Source: Phyllosticta citribraziliensis
Taxonomy: Eukaryota
Direction: 5' to 3'
Assembly: GCF_038025025.1 (NCBI RefSeq)
Contig: NW_027117339.1
Span: 1,922,001 to 1,986,000, forward strand
Length of the DNA stretch: 64,000 nucleotides
How positions within the stretch are numbered: the first letter of the stretch is position 1; each line of letters opens with the position of its first letter. The notes beneath the pieces are model-generated. The model worked only from the letters and a program-made list of their open reading frames with translations, was not told where the DNA came from and did no database searches. Both the position numbers and the translations under genes were made by a program. Below, piece by piece: positions 50,898 to 64,000 of this stretch.

Positions 50898-51992
50898 CTA
50901 CGAGGCCACGACAATCTCCGCAATCTTCTTTCCCTTGTCGCCTCCCAGATAGTCCGCGCCGTCGGTGGCCTGCTTGCCGTCGGCTGCCTCCTCGAAATCC
51001 AATTCAGCAGCAGCTTCGAAGCCCCTAACGACCGTCTCTTCGTCCACTTTGACTCCAGACTCTACCAGCGCTCTTATCACACCCGCGACTCTTGCAATCT
51101 CTCTTCGAAGTTCCACCTCGATGTCATCGTTTTGGCTGGAGTAAACTTCCTTGGACACGTTCTCCTCGATCCGGGTGATGCTGACATTCGTTTCCGGCGG
51201 CTGCACGTGCTTCGATATCCAGATGTATCCGTTGACGCCGAGAATGATGTCAATCTCCCCACCGCGCGATGTTGTGAGGGTAAAGACTTGGCGTCTTGAC
51301 CGTGCGACTCCTCCGCGCTGGCCGCCTCCGCCACCAGTACCCGAGACAGACAGGAAGTAACCATTCCGCAGTTTTCCGTATTTCAAGCTGCGGGTGTGTA
51401 GCGAAGCCGTCCCGTCACCATGGATGCTCTGAACCTCGGCCACGAGCAAATCTCCTTCGGTGAAAAATGTTCGGATGTTGAGCTCATCTACCGCGGTTCG
51501 TTTCCTGAGAATACCTCCAGGCAGGTTGATCGCTGATAAGGGAAGACCGGCCAGTTGGGGTGCTGCAATGTCGACGCGCCAGCGTCGCGACTGTACTTCG
51601 ACGATCCGCCCCACGATGAGGTCACCGATTTCCGGAATATATCTTGCGCGCAGAGGGGTGATGGAAAGAAGCTTGTTCGTCTTGAGTACGGTACCAGCGA
51701 CGGTAGAAAGGATTTCGGTGCTGCCTTCAGGTACATAGGTGCCGTGCCCTCTGCAATCTAGAATTAGAAAGGTCTCAGAGTATCCAGGAGCGGGATTCTA
51801 CCTCATCCATTGCGGATCATCCGTCACAACCTCTCCAGGAGTGACAATGTCTTTTCTGGCGCGTTTTGAAGCTCTGCTTGTTCCTTCCATGTCGATGTCA
51901 CCGTCGGAATCGAATTCCTCGCCTTCCTCTTCCGCTGAAGGGCGAGGATATGCCGGCGCAGGCGGTGCGGGAGGTAGGATCGTGATTGGCAT
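50898..51992 (-). CDS. RRP4: Exosome complex cap subunit Rrp4, 2 exons
   Basis: [67 protein letters not shown]. Confidence 0.97.
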
Positions 51993-52652
51993 GGTAGATT
52001 GAATGCTTGGCCGAAGAGTGTCGAATTCTGGATGATCCAACGGGACCTGATCCCTCCACTGGCACGGCGGTGCAGTCAGTGGGTGCTGAATTGGTACTGC
52101 GTGGATTAGCAGCAGCGGATGGTAGCTCCTTTGGCGTCACTGTTGCAGCGGTCGACAGGTCCTAGGCTTTCTCGGCGGTGGTGACTGGATACTCCTTGGA
52201 TACACCCACAGTTGCAAGGTGTGTTGGTGTTCCTTTCAACACGGCATGCACCCACGGCGGGCACCACTTTTTGGATCAAAGGTCCGGATATTATCCGAAA
52301 TGCACGGCCCTCTTGGTCCGTGTCCGGTCCGCGTGTTACTCCACCGCGTGCGCGTAGGGCCGTCGGGTTGTCCCACTTCATCACCACCCCTCTGCCCTGC
52401 GATTCACGGCGCCATTCATTTTGCAGTCTCGCTCTCGCATGCATTGTTGCGCGTCGTTTCGAATGCTTTTTAAGCTTTGATTTCCCTCCCTCTTCGTTCG
52501 CTCGTTCTGTTTTCGGTAAAACATATCCTCCCCGTGACTGTTTGCTCTTTTTTGTTCAGTTATTCAGTTGATGTCGGTAAAATGCAGGATACCCATGCAG
52601 AGTTTCCTGTCCGTAGCCTCTGAGTTATAAACTGTGTCAAGGGGCTCGCAGC

Positions 52653-54161
52653 ATGGAGGACACCGACAACGACACCAACTCTGCCCGGCCGGCGCTCCTG
52701 CGTAACCCGGATAGTGGCGACGTGTTGACCGGCAGCGAGCGCAACAACTTCACTGGTCTTGTGGGCGACTGGGCTCGGTCTCTTACTGCCAACTTGTCCC
52801 AGCATGAGAATGATATTCCCAACTACTACCTCAAGGACCCTTTCGGCCTTGTCACAACTTCATACGTCCACTCGTTCCAAGTCGGCACTGGCGAAAGCAT
52901 TTTTGAACAAACAATTTCCAGGATTGAAAACGCCAGATTCGAAGTCATCTTCGTCACGTGTTTCTGGGCAAAGTCGTCCTCACTCGAGAAGTTGGCCAAG
53001 TCGTTGAAGGCCCTGTCCAGCAAGTCTCTCCGCAACAACCAGGGATCTTCCAAAATTCGTGTGCGCATCGGCCTCTCCTCCAGCTCGGCATGTCAGAAGC
53101 TACTTCACACAAACTCTGTCGACGGACATGTCTACACCACCTCGGAGTGGACCACGAAACTTGGCCTTCCCGATCCGAGCGAGCTTGCCGGCCTGGATCT
53201 CGAAGTAAAGAGCGTCTTCGTAAAGCCCTTTAGCGTCATGCATCCCAAGTTTGTCATCGTGGATCGACAGCTGGTATTCCTCCCAAGCTGCAACGTTTCT
53301 TGGGAGAACTGGTTCGAGGGCTGTCTTGCCATGTCGGGAGGAATCGTCGGCCAGTTTGTGCAGTTCTGGTACAAGTTCTGGAACCAAGACCGCGGTGGCC
53401 TCCCTGCTATTGGCTCTCACACCACCGAAGATGTGCCCGCGGTGGCTCTCCATCGACGCCTAAGTGTTGTCCAGGAAACGCCTGTGTGGATGTCCTATCT
53501 CTCCAACTGCATCGGAGTTGAGATCCCTACCGTCTTTCTTCCTTCGCCACACCACACCAACCCCAAGTTTCAGCCAATTCCTGGACTCAAGGCACCACAC
53601 CCTCCATCGACCCCGCTGAATGTCTTTTTGGAGAAGCTCTTCGAAAGAGCCCAATTCGAAGTCTATGTTCAAACGCCCAATCTTACCTGTCCCCTGGTCC
53701 TGGATGCCTTGTTTGCTGCACTGGCTCGTGGCGTCGATGTTTGCATTTTGACCAGCGAACGGTTGATGGTGCTGGAGCAGCTCGGCACTGCCGGAACGAC
53801 GACCTCGAGGGAGATGAAGAAGCTGGTCAAGAAATATACAAAGCTTCTCAAGGCTTCGCCAGTCCAAGACGTGGAGAGGGACGGTGCTCGCAACCCTGCT
53901 CAACTTGGCCGCCTGTCTATCAAATACTTTGACGCACCTGCCGACGCGAAGCCTGAAGACCCGGTGCAGTCTCACCTCAAGCTGACCATTGTCGACGAGG
54001 AGTTTGTGGTACTGGGCAGCGGCAACATGGACAGAGCAAGCTGGTACACGAGCCAGGAACTAGGTGTTGCTTTTTGGTCTACGGAAGTGGCCGCTGAGAT
54101 TCAACGCCTCGTCAAAGCGAACCTGATCCGGAGCACCAAGATTTTCTATCCCAGGAGGTAA
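52653..54161 (+). CDS. Phospholipase D/nuclease superfamily protein with two HKD motifs
   Basis: 502-aa ORF with HPKFVIVD and HLKLTIVD...GSGNMD. Confidence 0.9.
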   Translation: MEDTDNDTNSARPALLRNPDSGDVLTGSERNNFTGLVGDWARSLTANLSQHENDIPNYYLKDPFGLVTTSYVHSFQVGTGESIFEQTISRIENARFEVIFVTCFWAKSSSLEKLAKSLKALSSKSLRNNQGSSKIRVRIGLSSSSACQKLLHTNSVDGHVYTTSEWTTKLGLPDPSELAGLDLEVKSVFVKPFSVMHPKFVIVDRQLVFLPSCNVSWENWFEGCLAMSGGIVGQFVQFWYKFWNQDRGGLPAIGSHTTEDVPAVALHRRLSVVQETPVWMSYLSNCIGVEIPTVFLPSPHHTNPKFQPIPGLKAPHPPSTPLNVFLEKLFERAQFEVYVQTPNLTCPLVLDALFAALARGVDVCILTSERLMVLEQLGTAGTTTSREMKKLVKKYTKLLKASPVQDVERDGARNPAQLGRLSIKYFDAPADAKPEDPVQSHLKLTIVDEEFVVLGSGNMDRASWYTSQELGVAFWSTEVAAEIQRLVKANLIRSTKIFYPRR

Positions 54162-55451
54162 GGTTGACGAGAGGATTTGCGACATGGATGGCGTTCACGG
54201 CAACAATACCCCTCGATGAATACTCGACGACGTTTTCTTTGCTTCTATCATACGCGACACAAGTCGACACAAGTCGGGCACTAATGTATAATATTTTTCG
54301 GCCAGAAACCTGGCAATTACGACAGACTGTTCCCATGATGGCCAGGAGGATGATGCGGGGAATGGAGGGTCAGGCATGCGAAGGGCTTTTGCTATACTGT
54401 CGTGGCCTATTGCCGTCGGTCATGTTCTAGTCAAGCGGCTGTTCAGCGCAGCACTGGATAAGTTCCAGTTTCTCAGGTCACGCTGCTGGTTGCCACTAAC
54501 AGACTGGGGCGGAGGGAATTTTCGGTAGTGAATGACAGTCGAACATGATGTTTTACAACCATTACCTTACGCACCTTGGGTGCTCTGTGACTCGCCCGGA
54601 GCCGCACGCCAACAGTACCCCGGAATGTTTTTGTTATACAGCTCGGAAGGTCAAGTTAGAGTAGAGACCATGCAGGTAAGACCAGCAGAAGAAGAGGGAC
54701 GAGGGACGTTCCGATTGACGGGATTCGCGAGCGATCAAGCAGATCTGATGGCGCGGCCAACGCATTGGTGCGGTTGCGAGGTGGTGGGGAAATACCACAA
54801 ATGCGTGTTGGGAGCGATGCAAAAGGAAAATACGATGTGCAGGCGACCTCGTCAGGCACAGCCGCGGCGTCAAGCTTTGTACAACGGCGGCGTGAGGGCG
54901 AAAAATGTCTCACGGGCGGCCGGGGCGAATAGAGTTGGTCTCAGCAAGGGAGAGGGACAAAAAGTGTGGGATTGACAAGGTCACACGCCGAGTCAGCGGT
55001 GAGAGCCCCGTCGCCGTCGCCGTCGCCGTCGACGTAATAGCCTCCTCCCGGCCGCTCAATTGCACCGCATGCACCTTGACCATCACCAGTCCCTCGCCCT
55101 CGTCCTCGTCCTCGTCGAGAAATCTGCTGAGCACAAGAGTCTCGGCTGTGTCCGCTGCAGTCTTTGCGTCTACCACCCGCCCGCCCTCCTACTGTACCGA
55201 CAGGCCCCCCAGCTCCAGCTCCAGGTAGGCGCTGCTGCTGGTCACGCCAGCGCCCGATCCCTCGTCTCTTTGCTACATCTGCTCTCTGCTCGACTTTGTT
55301 CCTCTTCCTCACTCCAGCCCTTGACCGACCAGCTTCATCCTCCAACAGTCCCTTCAGCCTCTTCCTCCGACTTTCGCGGCCTCGACACCAATACAACAGC
55401 TGTCAGCGCTAGTCGCACGCAGCCCTCAACCACAATTCCCAACCACACACA

Positions 55452-56444
55452 ATGACCCGGAGAATCGTCTATGGCATTGCCCTTTGGGCGACCGTTGCCG
55501 GTACGTAGTCGAAACCCGTCTACACTTTTGCTAGTTTCGTATTCGCTGCTACCCTGCTTGGCTCCAAGCATCATTGCCCAAGACGTCATACCCGTCTCGT
55601 CTCTGCCACATGTAGTCGCTAACGTGAAGCGCTTCTTTGCGCGTCTTTGCAGTCACGGCAATGACCATCGCGTCCATTGTGAAGCCACACTGGCTCGCGT
55701 ACGAAGTCGAAGGCGTAGGTTCCCGTCCAATCTCGCGGCGCCATCTCCGACACCAAACCGTGCCCGACTCAGACACTTGCTAACATCTGTTCTCCAGCAT
55801 GGCAAGCACGCGAAACCTGTCAAGATATCCTACGGTCTCCACCAGCGCTGCGACAGCGTGTCTGGCACCTGCAGCGACTTCCCGGAATATGAAGACTGCC
55901 ACGGCGACAACTGGAGCTTTTGCAGCCGGTGGCGGAGCGTTGGCTTCCTCATGAGCTTCGCCGTCATTATACAGCTGGCCGCCCTCATCGGCTACGGCGT
56001 CGTTATCGTGGGCGGCAAGCAAAAGCGCGACAAGGGCTGGAAGATGGTCTCTGGCCTCATGATTGTTGCCGGCGTCGTGCAGTGCGCCGCCATGTCCATT
56101 GTGGTACGTTTGACCTCTGATTGCCCTCCCCTGTCCATGCCACCTCCCCCGCCCCAACTGTTGTCCACAAACCCATCAAGAATGGCTTTATCACTGGCAT
56201 GGGGAGTGGATGGGAACATAAGCGAGCAAGCAGGCTGACCGGTGGCGAAAACGCCCCTCCACAGGCCTTCTTGTACGACAACGACGAGCGCTTCTTTCCG
56301 CCCGGCTGGCGCCTCGACAGCTCGTGGATCCTGTGCACCGTGTCGTGGGCTTTTTCCTTCATGATTGCTACGGGCCTCATCGCCGCCGCCATTGTCCTCC
56401 CGGAAGAAGGAAACTACGAATTGATACCCGACGGCCGCATGTGA
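55452..56444 (+). CDS. Four-TM claudin/SUR7-like membrane protein, 4 exons
   Basis: MTRRIVYGIALWATVA..., W...YGLHQRC...C loop, further TM segments, DNDERFF..GWRLDSSWILCTVSW, ends YELIPDGRM*. Confidence 0.8.
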
Positions 56445-58062
56445 TCGCCATTTCCACCTTGTCTAGTCCTTTCTAATTCGTCGTCGTCATCATCGTCATC
56501 ATTCCCGCCGCCGTCGTCCTACCACCGCATCCGCTGCCACCACGGCTGCAGCCGCTGCTTATCATAATGCCCCGCTTTCTCCTTCTGCCTACGTCGCTCT
56601 TACCACACGCACGTCTTCTCATCAGTTTTACGAGATGAGAGATATGAAATGTCTCGCAACTAAATCGTCGCTTTTACCCCTGCTGCCGATCACGTTTTTG
56701 CAGCCGTGGCTGGATAGCGAATGCGGGAAACCTTCTTGAAGCGAAGCGACGCGAAACGTGGCGTGGCTGGGTGTGGCGTTGTGGACGATGTGCACCTGCC
56801 AAAAAACATGACGACGGCGTCCGTTGTTCTTTCTCGCTGTCATTGCGTGTCTCAGGAGATTCGGCCACATTGGCGTCCCGGCTCTTTTGTTTTTCCTCTC
56901 CTATAATTCCCATACACTATATTTGTTTATCTACCACATAAGTAGGTGCGCGTTTGCGTCTGACCACTTGGCCTGCTCTTTCGCGGGTGGAGTGGTTGCC
57001 ATGCGCTGGGAAGGGCCGAAGGCTCCAGGAGTCTCGTATATAATAGACGGAAGAAGTACTTATCCCCTGTATTGATGGATGGAACGCAAATACTTTTGAC
57101 CACCGCTGCAGAGTGTGCTGCCGTAAACTGTGCAGCTTGAGTGAATCCAAGTACAGGAACAGTACAGTAGGCGAAAGGGAAGAATGCTTTGACTGTCTAA
57201 CAGGCTTTTGGTGGAGTAAGTCTATGTAGCTGTAATTCGTTGGCGCGTGTATAATGTCTCCGCTTTACAGATGCGCCAACTGAGAAGTGTCTGCAGAGTG
57301 AATAGAAGAATGGGCAGGAAAGTCACCAAGGTGTTCCATCTGGAAAGCACGTCGTCCGACTGCCTTGCCGTGTGGACCGCACAATGGCTCCTGCTCCCGC
57401 CGTCTTCCCCATCCGTGCGGAGCCAGGCGGCCAACAGCCAGCCTATGCGAGAGCTTGGTCAAGTGCTTCCTCGCGAGACGGACATATGGTGAGGGGGGTA
57501 AGAGTTTCTGAATCTACTTCAATATTTCTGCCTCAAACTGTTGGGGCGTGGAAAGGACGTTTTTGATACGGCTGATAGCATGGGAAAATGGGAAAACGGT
57601 GCGGTTTGAATTGAGTGGCTCAAGGTTGTAGGAAAGCAGAGGAGATAGTTGTGGAATTTTGGAATTGGAGCTTTCGTCTTTTTCGTTTGTTGCTAAAACA
57701 GGGAGGCTTTAATTTAATTTACAAGATGGTCTTTTTTTTTGGTGATTAGTTCAGACTCGACTGTATCCCCTTTCTGCTTTTGATCGAATCCGAGATGTCG
57801 AGTTTGATGGTCGTGCGGAGTGGAGAAGTTGGTGTAAGGTGCAGTTGCTGTTTGTTTTTTGAATGGAGATTGAGTTTCGGCCTTCGTGCTACTGGTGACG
57901 TCGGACTCCGTGGTCGAAAAATACAGACGAAGTGCGAAGGGTCGTTGGAGCGGAGACAAAGAAGACGCCCTTTTCTCTTCCCTATTTTGCTTCCGTGTGT
58001 CCAATTCGTCTCCAACTGAGACCACAGCTTTTGGCGGAGTAGTGATGAGTCCTTCGGCCCGC

Positions 58063-58510
58063 TCATTTCACATACCACCTGTAGGCGCCAATGGACAGGC
58101 AAAGAACGGCCGTAGTGTTGATGCTTCCGCGGCGGAGGAAGCTTTCCCAGCGGGCCATCTTGCGGCCTTTGGCGAGCTCCTTGTGCATCTGCTCGTGGCC
58201 CTTGATGTACGTGTAGACGCCAAGGCCGACAAAGGCGCCGGTTCCTAGATGGGGCTTTAGTTGAAGTGTGGTGGATGTGGTGGGAATATGGAGTGGATGT
58301 GACTTGGAAAAGGAGTGAGGACACAGTCGGAGATAGACATCAAGAATGAAATTGATGGCGTCCCAGGCATTGAGAAAGAGAAGCGAAAAGAAGAAGATAA
58401 AACATACCCATAAATCTGCACCATGAGCAATCGGCGTGAGCCTCCATTTTTTCCTGCCTCTTCTTTTCTTTCGCCTCGACCGGCGACAGGCTGACCTCGT
58501 CTTTTGCCAT
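58063..58510 (-). CDS. Small DMAC1/DUF4536-like membrane protein, 2 exons
   Basis: Intron 58245-58407 gives ...DCSWCRFMGTGAFVGLGVYTY...LSIGAYRW; CxxC followed by a Gly-rich TM is the family pattern. Confidence 0.75.
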
Positions 58511-58824
58511 TGTGAACCAAACGAGACAGAGATAGAGAGTAAAGAAATCGGCCTTTGGAAAAGTCGGAGATGCGATGATGGACTATGGTGTTGAAGACGA
58601 TCACGCTTGGGCGAACCATCGACCGAAGTGCGACACGGCACGAGCCACTCCCGTGGGTCCACCAGGGTCCGTCGTCATCGCGTTACCGGCCGGGCAATCA
58701 TAGAACTTACCTCGTGGCTGTCCTTTGCTCACCGTCAACTCCTACGAAGCCGCGTTAGCCTGCCATCCTGCTGCTCTTGCTGTCCCATGGACGGTTTTGT
58801 TACCAGGACATCTCCGAATCAGCC

Positions 58825-60740
58825 ATGAGCCAGGTGGAAGCGCTCTACATCTTCGATGAGCACAAGTGAGTCCTGCATCCAACCCCACCACCGTGATGCG
58901 CATGGCGCTTGCAGTATATCGCATGGAAGAATCAGCCGCTAACATGGCCTAGCAATCTCATTCTCGAACACGTCTTCTGCGCACGGCCTCCCTCTGCCAG
59001 CGTGCTCCTCCCTCTGTACCTCGCGCATCCAGATCCTCGACCGTCTCTGATATACCTTCCATCGACCAACCCGCCGACCCTCGTCCACAGCATCATCCAA
59101 GACCGCTTGCTGTTCTTGACCCCCTCCTCCGTCGATACTGAGCCCCTGCTTGTCCTCGAATTCCTCCACAGAGTCGCCGATGCGATAGAAGATTTCCTGG
59201 GTTCGCCGCTTCTGGCGAGCAGGATTGAAGCCCACTACGATGTTGTCGCGCAGCTGTTGGGGGAAATGTGCGACGCAGGCATCATAGCAAATACGGAAAA
59301 TAATGCGCTTCGGGACGCCGTTGAGGCCCCAAGCTTTATGAAGAACCTGCTTGGTAACGTGGGGTTGCCTAGGTATGCTTTTCAAAACCGACGTCCTCGA
59401 ACATCATGACAAAGGTTCTGCAATTATGCCATGGGATGCTAACGAGTTCTTCAAGCTCATCGCCCTCCCTCGCTGGCTCGGGTCGCTCCGCTCTCACACC
59501 CCCCGGAACTTCTCCCACCGCCTCCCCCGTTCCATGGCGGCGGACAAATGTACGCCACACGAGCAACGAACTTTACGTAGACCTAGTCGAGACCCTCTCC
59601 GTCACCATGTCACCATCTGGCCGTCCACTGTCAGCCTTTGCCAATGGCTCCATAGCCTTCACGTCCAAGGTATCTGGAGTACCCGACCTCATCCTCCGAC
59701 TCGAAGCCCCAGGCGGCATAGCAAACGTCGTGTCACTTCCCGTCTTCCACCCATGCGTCCGCCTTGCACGCTGGCGCGAACGACCCGGGGAAATGAGCTT
59801 CGTCCCGCCCGACGGGCGCTTCGTGCTCGCGGGTTACGAGGTCGACCTCCTCGGACCGGATTACCTCCTACACCAAGCCAACCTCAAGCCTGGCAGCAGT
59901 AGCGCTACAAATCTCAACATTCCAGCAACCTGCGAAGTCAAGACGAGTCTGGGGTCACTTGGTGCGGAGTTTGAAGTCCGTCTGCAGCTGTCATCGCGCT
60001 TCAAGTCGTCTGGCCCCAGTGGCGGTATCTCTGCAAGCTCGGGGCGACCAGCAGCGGGCCTTGGATCTCGAGCAGGAAGCGGCTTCGGCATTGGTGGAAA
60101 CACAGGCACATCAGCAGCGCCGCAGATGAGCGACGTAGTGGTCCGCGTCCCGCTACCGCGCGGCGTACGAAATCTTTCCGAGATGCGGCCTTCGCGCGGC
60201 GAAGTCCAATATGCACCTGGCGACTCCTCGCTGGAATGGCGCTTACCTACCAAGGATGTCTCTGCGTTGCTGCAACTCGGCATGGGCGCAAGCGCAACGC
60301 TGCGCTGTAGCGTTGTCGGTGCCCTTGACGAGGACGAGGAGCTGGACGGCGGACCTGGCGACAACGTTCTCAGCGTCAACCGATACGACTACGACGAGGG
60401 CGGCGCCACCTCCCCCGCCCCAGCTGTAGACGCAGGATATCAATCCGGCTCATTGGACCCTACCAACGGCGGCAGTGGTAATGGCAGCGGCGGCGTCAGT
60501 CGTACGCGGTCGCCCGACCCAGATGCCAAGGCAGAGAAGAAGAGGCGCTCAAATCGGCTCCTCATGCCGAGCAGTGCGTCACTGAGCTTCCAAGTCAAAG
60601 GCTGGCTGGCTAGTGGGGTCAAGGTTGAAAGTCTCAACCTGGATCATCGGAAGAGCAGGGGGCTAGGAGCTGGGGTCACGCCGTACAAGGGGGTCAAGTA
60701 TTTGACGGCCAGCAAAGACGGAGTAGAGGTGAGGTGTTAG
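58825..60740 (+). CDS. APM3: Adaptor complex AP-3 medium (mu) subunit, 3 exons
   Basis: VEALYIFDEH, LEFLHRVADAIEDF, PWRRTNVRHTSNELYVD, FHPCVRL, SFVPPDGRFVL, YKGVKYLT. Confidence 0.92.
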
Positions 60741-61904
60741 AAGTATAGAAGAAAGAGCCTCTGGGCTGAGATTGCTTGGAAAAATCTTGCACCCAATGGC
60801 CAGCTGTGTAGTTTGCTTGTATGATAGAAATAGACCAACAGGAGCTGTTGCATTTGAATTCCGGTTTGGTTTGTTGAGCGGTACCGGGCTCACCACCGAC
60901 GCAGTTTGTTCAAAATGACATTGATGAAAGCGAAAGCGCAAGAGTGGGTATGGATTGGTGCACTTTGAGGCTGTTCAAAGTCCCTTCTTTCTCGTTTGCT
61001 TCAGGCGGGGCTGCTCTATGTTACAACCCAGCCATCTCGAGCCCCGATCCAGCGACTCCCCGTCTTATCTACAGCTGCCAATTTTGCCATGCTGAAGTTG
61101 TCGAGGAACCTAGTTCTGTCCGAGGGCCTTGGCGCGCTCCTCCTCGATCTTGGTGTAGAAAGCGTCGCGGTGACGGACGGTGGGGACGTGGTAGCCTGGC
61201 CTCAACGTCAATTTTGCTGCTTGTAAAGCTGGGAGCTGCTGAAATTGACGAGTCTTTACATACCGTACCACCAGAAGTAGCCCATGGAGGTACCAAGGCC
61301 TGTAGGGGCACTCCTGTTAGTAATTCCGATCTGCAAATTGCCGAAGACTTGCGCGGACGGCGCTTGGGAGCGGCTCGAAAAGCGGTTCAACGCATGCGAT
61401 TGACGTTGTTCGACAGGCCGGCTGTGCGTCTGGGGCACTTTTACGCACCAAAGGCGAGGGAGAGGTCGAGGACGAGGCCTCTGCGGAGCATCTGGAAGGG
61501 AGCCAAGTCAGCGTTGTAGCTCGGGACGCGGTCGGTTGCGCTATGGCAAAGGTCCAACGTACGCCAGTAATGGGCTTAATGGCCATGGTGACGGGCGGTG
61601 GAGAGCGGAGTTGGTGTTTGCGACAGAGGTAGTGGTGGTCTGACGGGCGTCATGCATCCAATGTCCGCTGAATCGAAGAAGCGCGGCAGGCGCCAAGACT
61701 TTCGGAGCCTCTATGCCGAGCTGTTGCCGATTGCGCCGACCGACCAGAGAGACCGACGCGCCCGGGCGGGCGTCCGGGCGTGTTGCTGCCAATGTCGCAG
61801 ACGCAACACCAAGGCCTGGCATCACCAACTGTAACCCTGCCTCCGTCTCCGACTCTGACATCACAACCTCGCCTGACCTCCAATCTCTCCCGTCCACCCC
61901 CGCG

Positions 61905-62986
61905 ATGATGCCCGGTCTGCGATTCCCCGAAGCGTCGCAACACAACTATGCCGCTGGCATCAAGCGATCAGCCTCCGACCTTACCGCCCACGAATCTCAG
62001 AGTCCAGCAAAGAGACGGCGAATCGTGCGCCATGCAATCAAACACAAACAGCAATGGGAGGTGGATCCGACACTTACGCCCCAGGACGAGAAGGTGTTTG
62101 GCGGCCAGATGTTGCGTGCAATCTCACTTACGCTGGGCGCCGTTGGATTCGATGGCGCAATGCCCTCTGCTCTAGAAATGTTCCGAGCGCAAACTGAAGA
62201 ATGTGCGACAATAGTCTTTATTGAAAGCTGAGGACTGCAGTGTGCTGACACTCTACAGTCATGCTGCACTTCCTCGCCGACGTGCGAGCCTCCATGCAAC
62301 TCGCCCGCCGTACCGCACCACTCCCGGCCGACTTTGCTCTCGCCCTCGCACACACGGGCTACACAGCTTCCGACTTCGAGCCCCATCTCAAGTTAGGCAT
62401 ACCGCCAGAGATCACTCAACCGCCGCTACCACCTCCTCCTCGGGCTGAATCGCCTCCGCCCAAGCTGGACGAGCTTCTGGGCAAAGAGTTATCCGGCGTC
62501 AGCGAAAAGGCCACTCGTCCTTGGATTCCCGGTCATCTACCCGCTTTTCCGAGCAAGCACACATGGCAGTCGACCCCGTTGTATCCCAATCGCGAAACAG
62601 ATCCCCGGAAGATACGCGAGCGGGCGGCGCAGGAGGGCATACTGGCCGAGCAGGCATTGAGGAAGCTCATGGCAGCAAATCGGGGCGGTCCGACGAAGCG
62701 AGCACCGAGCGGGGCTAGCAGTGACACCGTCAAGGACAAGCCGGCCATACCACAGACCAGCGAAGTGTGGGAAGAGGCGATGAAGGAAGTCATGATAGAA
62801 GAGGCGGCAAAGAACAACTCGGCAGGAGGGCTCGAGGTGGACTCTCTCGACCCGTTCAGCACGGAAATCAATTCTTCCGGGCGGCAGAAGAATGACGAAA
62901 AGAACGCGGTAGTGGACGCTGGATTATTGGTCAATTATGACCAAAAGTACTGGAGAAAGGGCGCGCAGATGGGGAGTTGGAGATGA
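61905..62986 (+). CDS. TAF8: TFIID subunit 8 (bromodomain-associated histone fold plus TAF8_C), 2 exons
   Basis: VGFDGAMPSALEMFR, ARRTAPLPADF, WIPGHLPAFPSKHTW, DPRKIRERAAQEGILAEQALRKL. Confidence 0.88.
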
Positions 62987-63379
62987 TTCGTTTGAGTAGC
63001 GGGTTCAGGCGGGGAGCTTTCGAATTTCAGCGCGGCATTGGGGCATGGGAAAATGGAGTCTTGGGTGCATTCTGCAAAATAAGCCGGCCTTTGCGCCTGC
63101 TTGACGACATCATTACGGTCGCTGGGATGGTATACATCTCGAATTGGAAGCGATCGGAACGAACAGGTCTTTATGGGATTCGCATTCACGTCCGGAGGCT
63201 CACATAATCTTTGTCAAAGGCGTGGGAGGGAGAGCAATGGTGGCTAGCCCTGGCCTCTGCACATTTATACCCTCACTGTATTTTTCAATTCATAAACGGA
63301 CTCCAGAATTTTGAATCTCTGCACTCGATTTTAGTGCTGTCAATTCGCAGACTTTGTCTGGTAGTGATCGCGGCAAACG

Positions 63380-63701
63380 TCACCACCTCGACTCCAGATC
63401 CTCCCACGACGTCGTCTCGACCGTCAAACCATTCGCGCACCTACAACGGCGGCGGCCAATCAGCATAAAATCTTCCAAGTCTCGAAACGGACGCGACGTA
63501 CTTGCGGAACATTCTAACGAGCGGCCTGCACTTGACAAACGGCTGGCTGACACGGCGCTCGACCCAGCAGTCGTACTGCAGCATCTCCATCAACTTGCAT
63601 TTCTCCAGGTCCACCCCGCCCTTTCGATAGCGGCCCTTTGCGTTGAACTGCGCGCGGGCTTCGAGCTCCTCCGGGAGAAAGTGCTCAATCGGCGGTGCCA
63701 T
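63380..63701 (-). CDS. SOM1: Mitochondrial inner-membrane peptidase subunit Som1, 2 exons
   Basis: MAPP..., DLEKCKLMEMLQYDC, CRPLVRMFRK, intron, CANGLTVETTSWE. Confidence 0.85.
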
Positions 63702-64000
63702 TTTTGTTCGCCTGTCTGTTCAATCGTCCGTGTGTCGCTGCCGCCGCCAACGCCGCCGGCCTGCTTCCGGTTCTGCTGCTGTCGCGGTTGATCAGTCAGC
63801 CGGCACACGCGAGGTCATGCGCTGGGATTTGAAGATTAAAGAGCCAGGAATGGGAGCGCACAGGTGACAACTGTGTTTGGAAAGGCAAGGGCTCGTTCAG
63901 CTGCAGGAGGGCGATGAGCGCTGAGGATCTGGGACGGAGGTTGTTGGGGGAGGTCGAGGAGGCGGGCTTGGATGAGGTTGGTCTTGTTTGATGTTTTGCT

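Noticed and set aside
54860..55450. (GTCGCC)n and (TCGTCC)n-like runs and short ORFs upstream of the claudin-like gene
   Set aside because: Ordinary low-complexity promoter/UTR sequence.
60944..61900. ORFs between APM3 and TAF8, including a 191-aa frame
   Set aside because: Non-ATG start, no motifs; likely intergenic.

Overview
Eukaryotic DNA from a filamentous ascomycete (short GT-AG introns with CTRAC-like branch sites; the gene content suggests a Dothideomycete, which is inference). (1) 1-13.5 kb: low-complexity ORFs, a cupredoxin-like membrane protein, a head-to-head pair of methyltransferases, a hexose transporter and an alpha-arrestin. (2) 16.4-37.7 kb: a seven-gene highly reducing polyketide cluster (FSH1/LovG-type esterase, MFS pump, BBE-like FAD oxidase, SDR, P450, Af380-like hydrolase/transferase, HR-PKS) with an intron-containing tRNA-Lys(CTT) inside it. 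As written, the PKS has a 2-bp frameshift in its AT domain. (3) 38.2-49.5 kb: uncharacterised genes, including a head-to-head pair of secreted, beta-rich paralogues of unknown function and, 2.3 kb away, a membrane protein with a HET/TIR-like domain. This is the best candidate for an undescribed system. (4) 50.9-63.7 kb: conserved housekeeping genes (RRP4, PLD-family, claudin-like, DMAC1-like, AP-3 mu, TAF8, SOM1). Gene models were spliced by eye and family calls come from motif recognition; no database searches were run.
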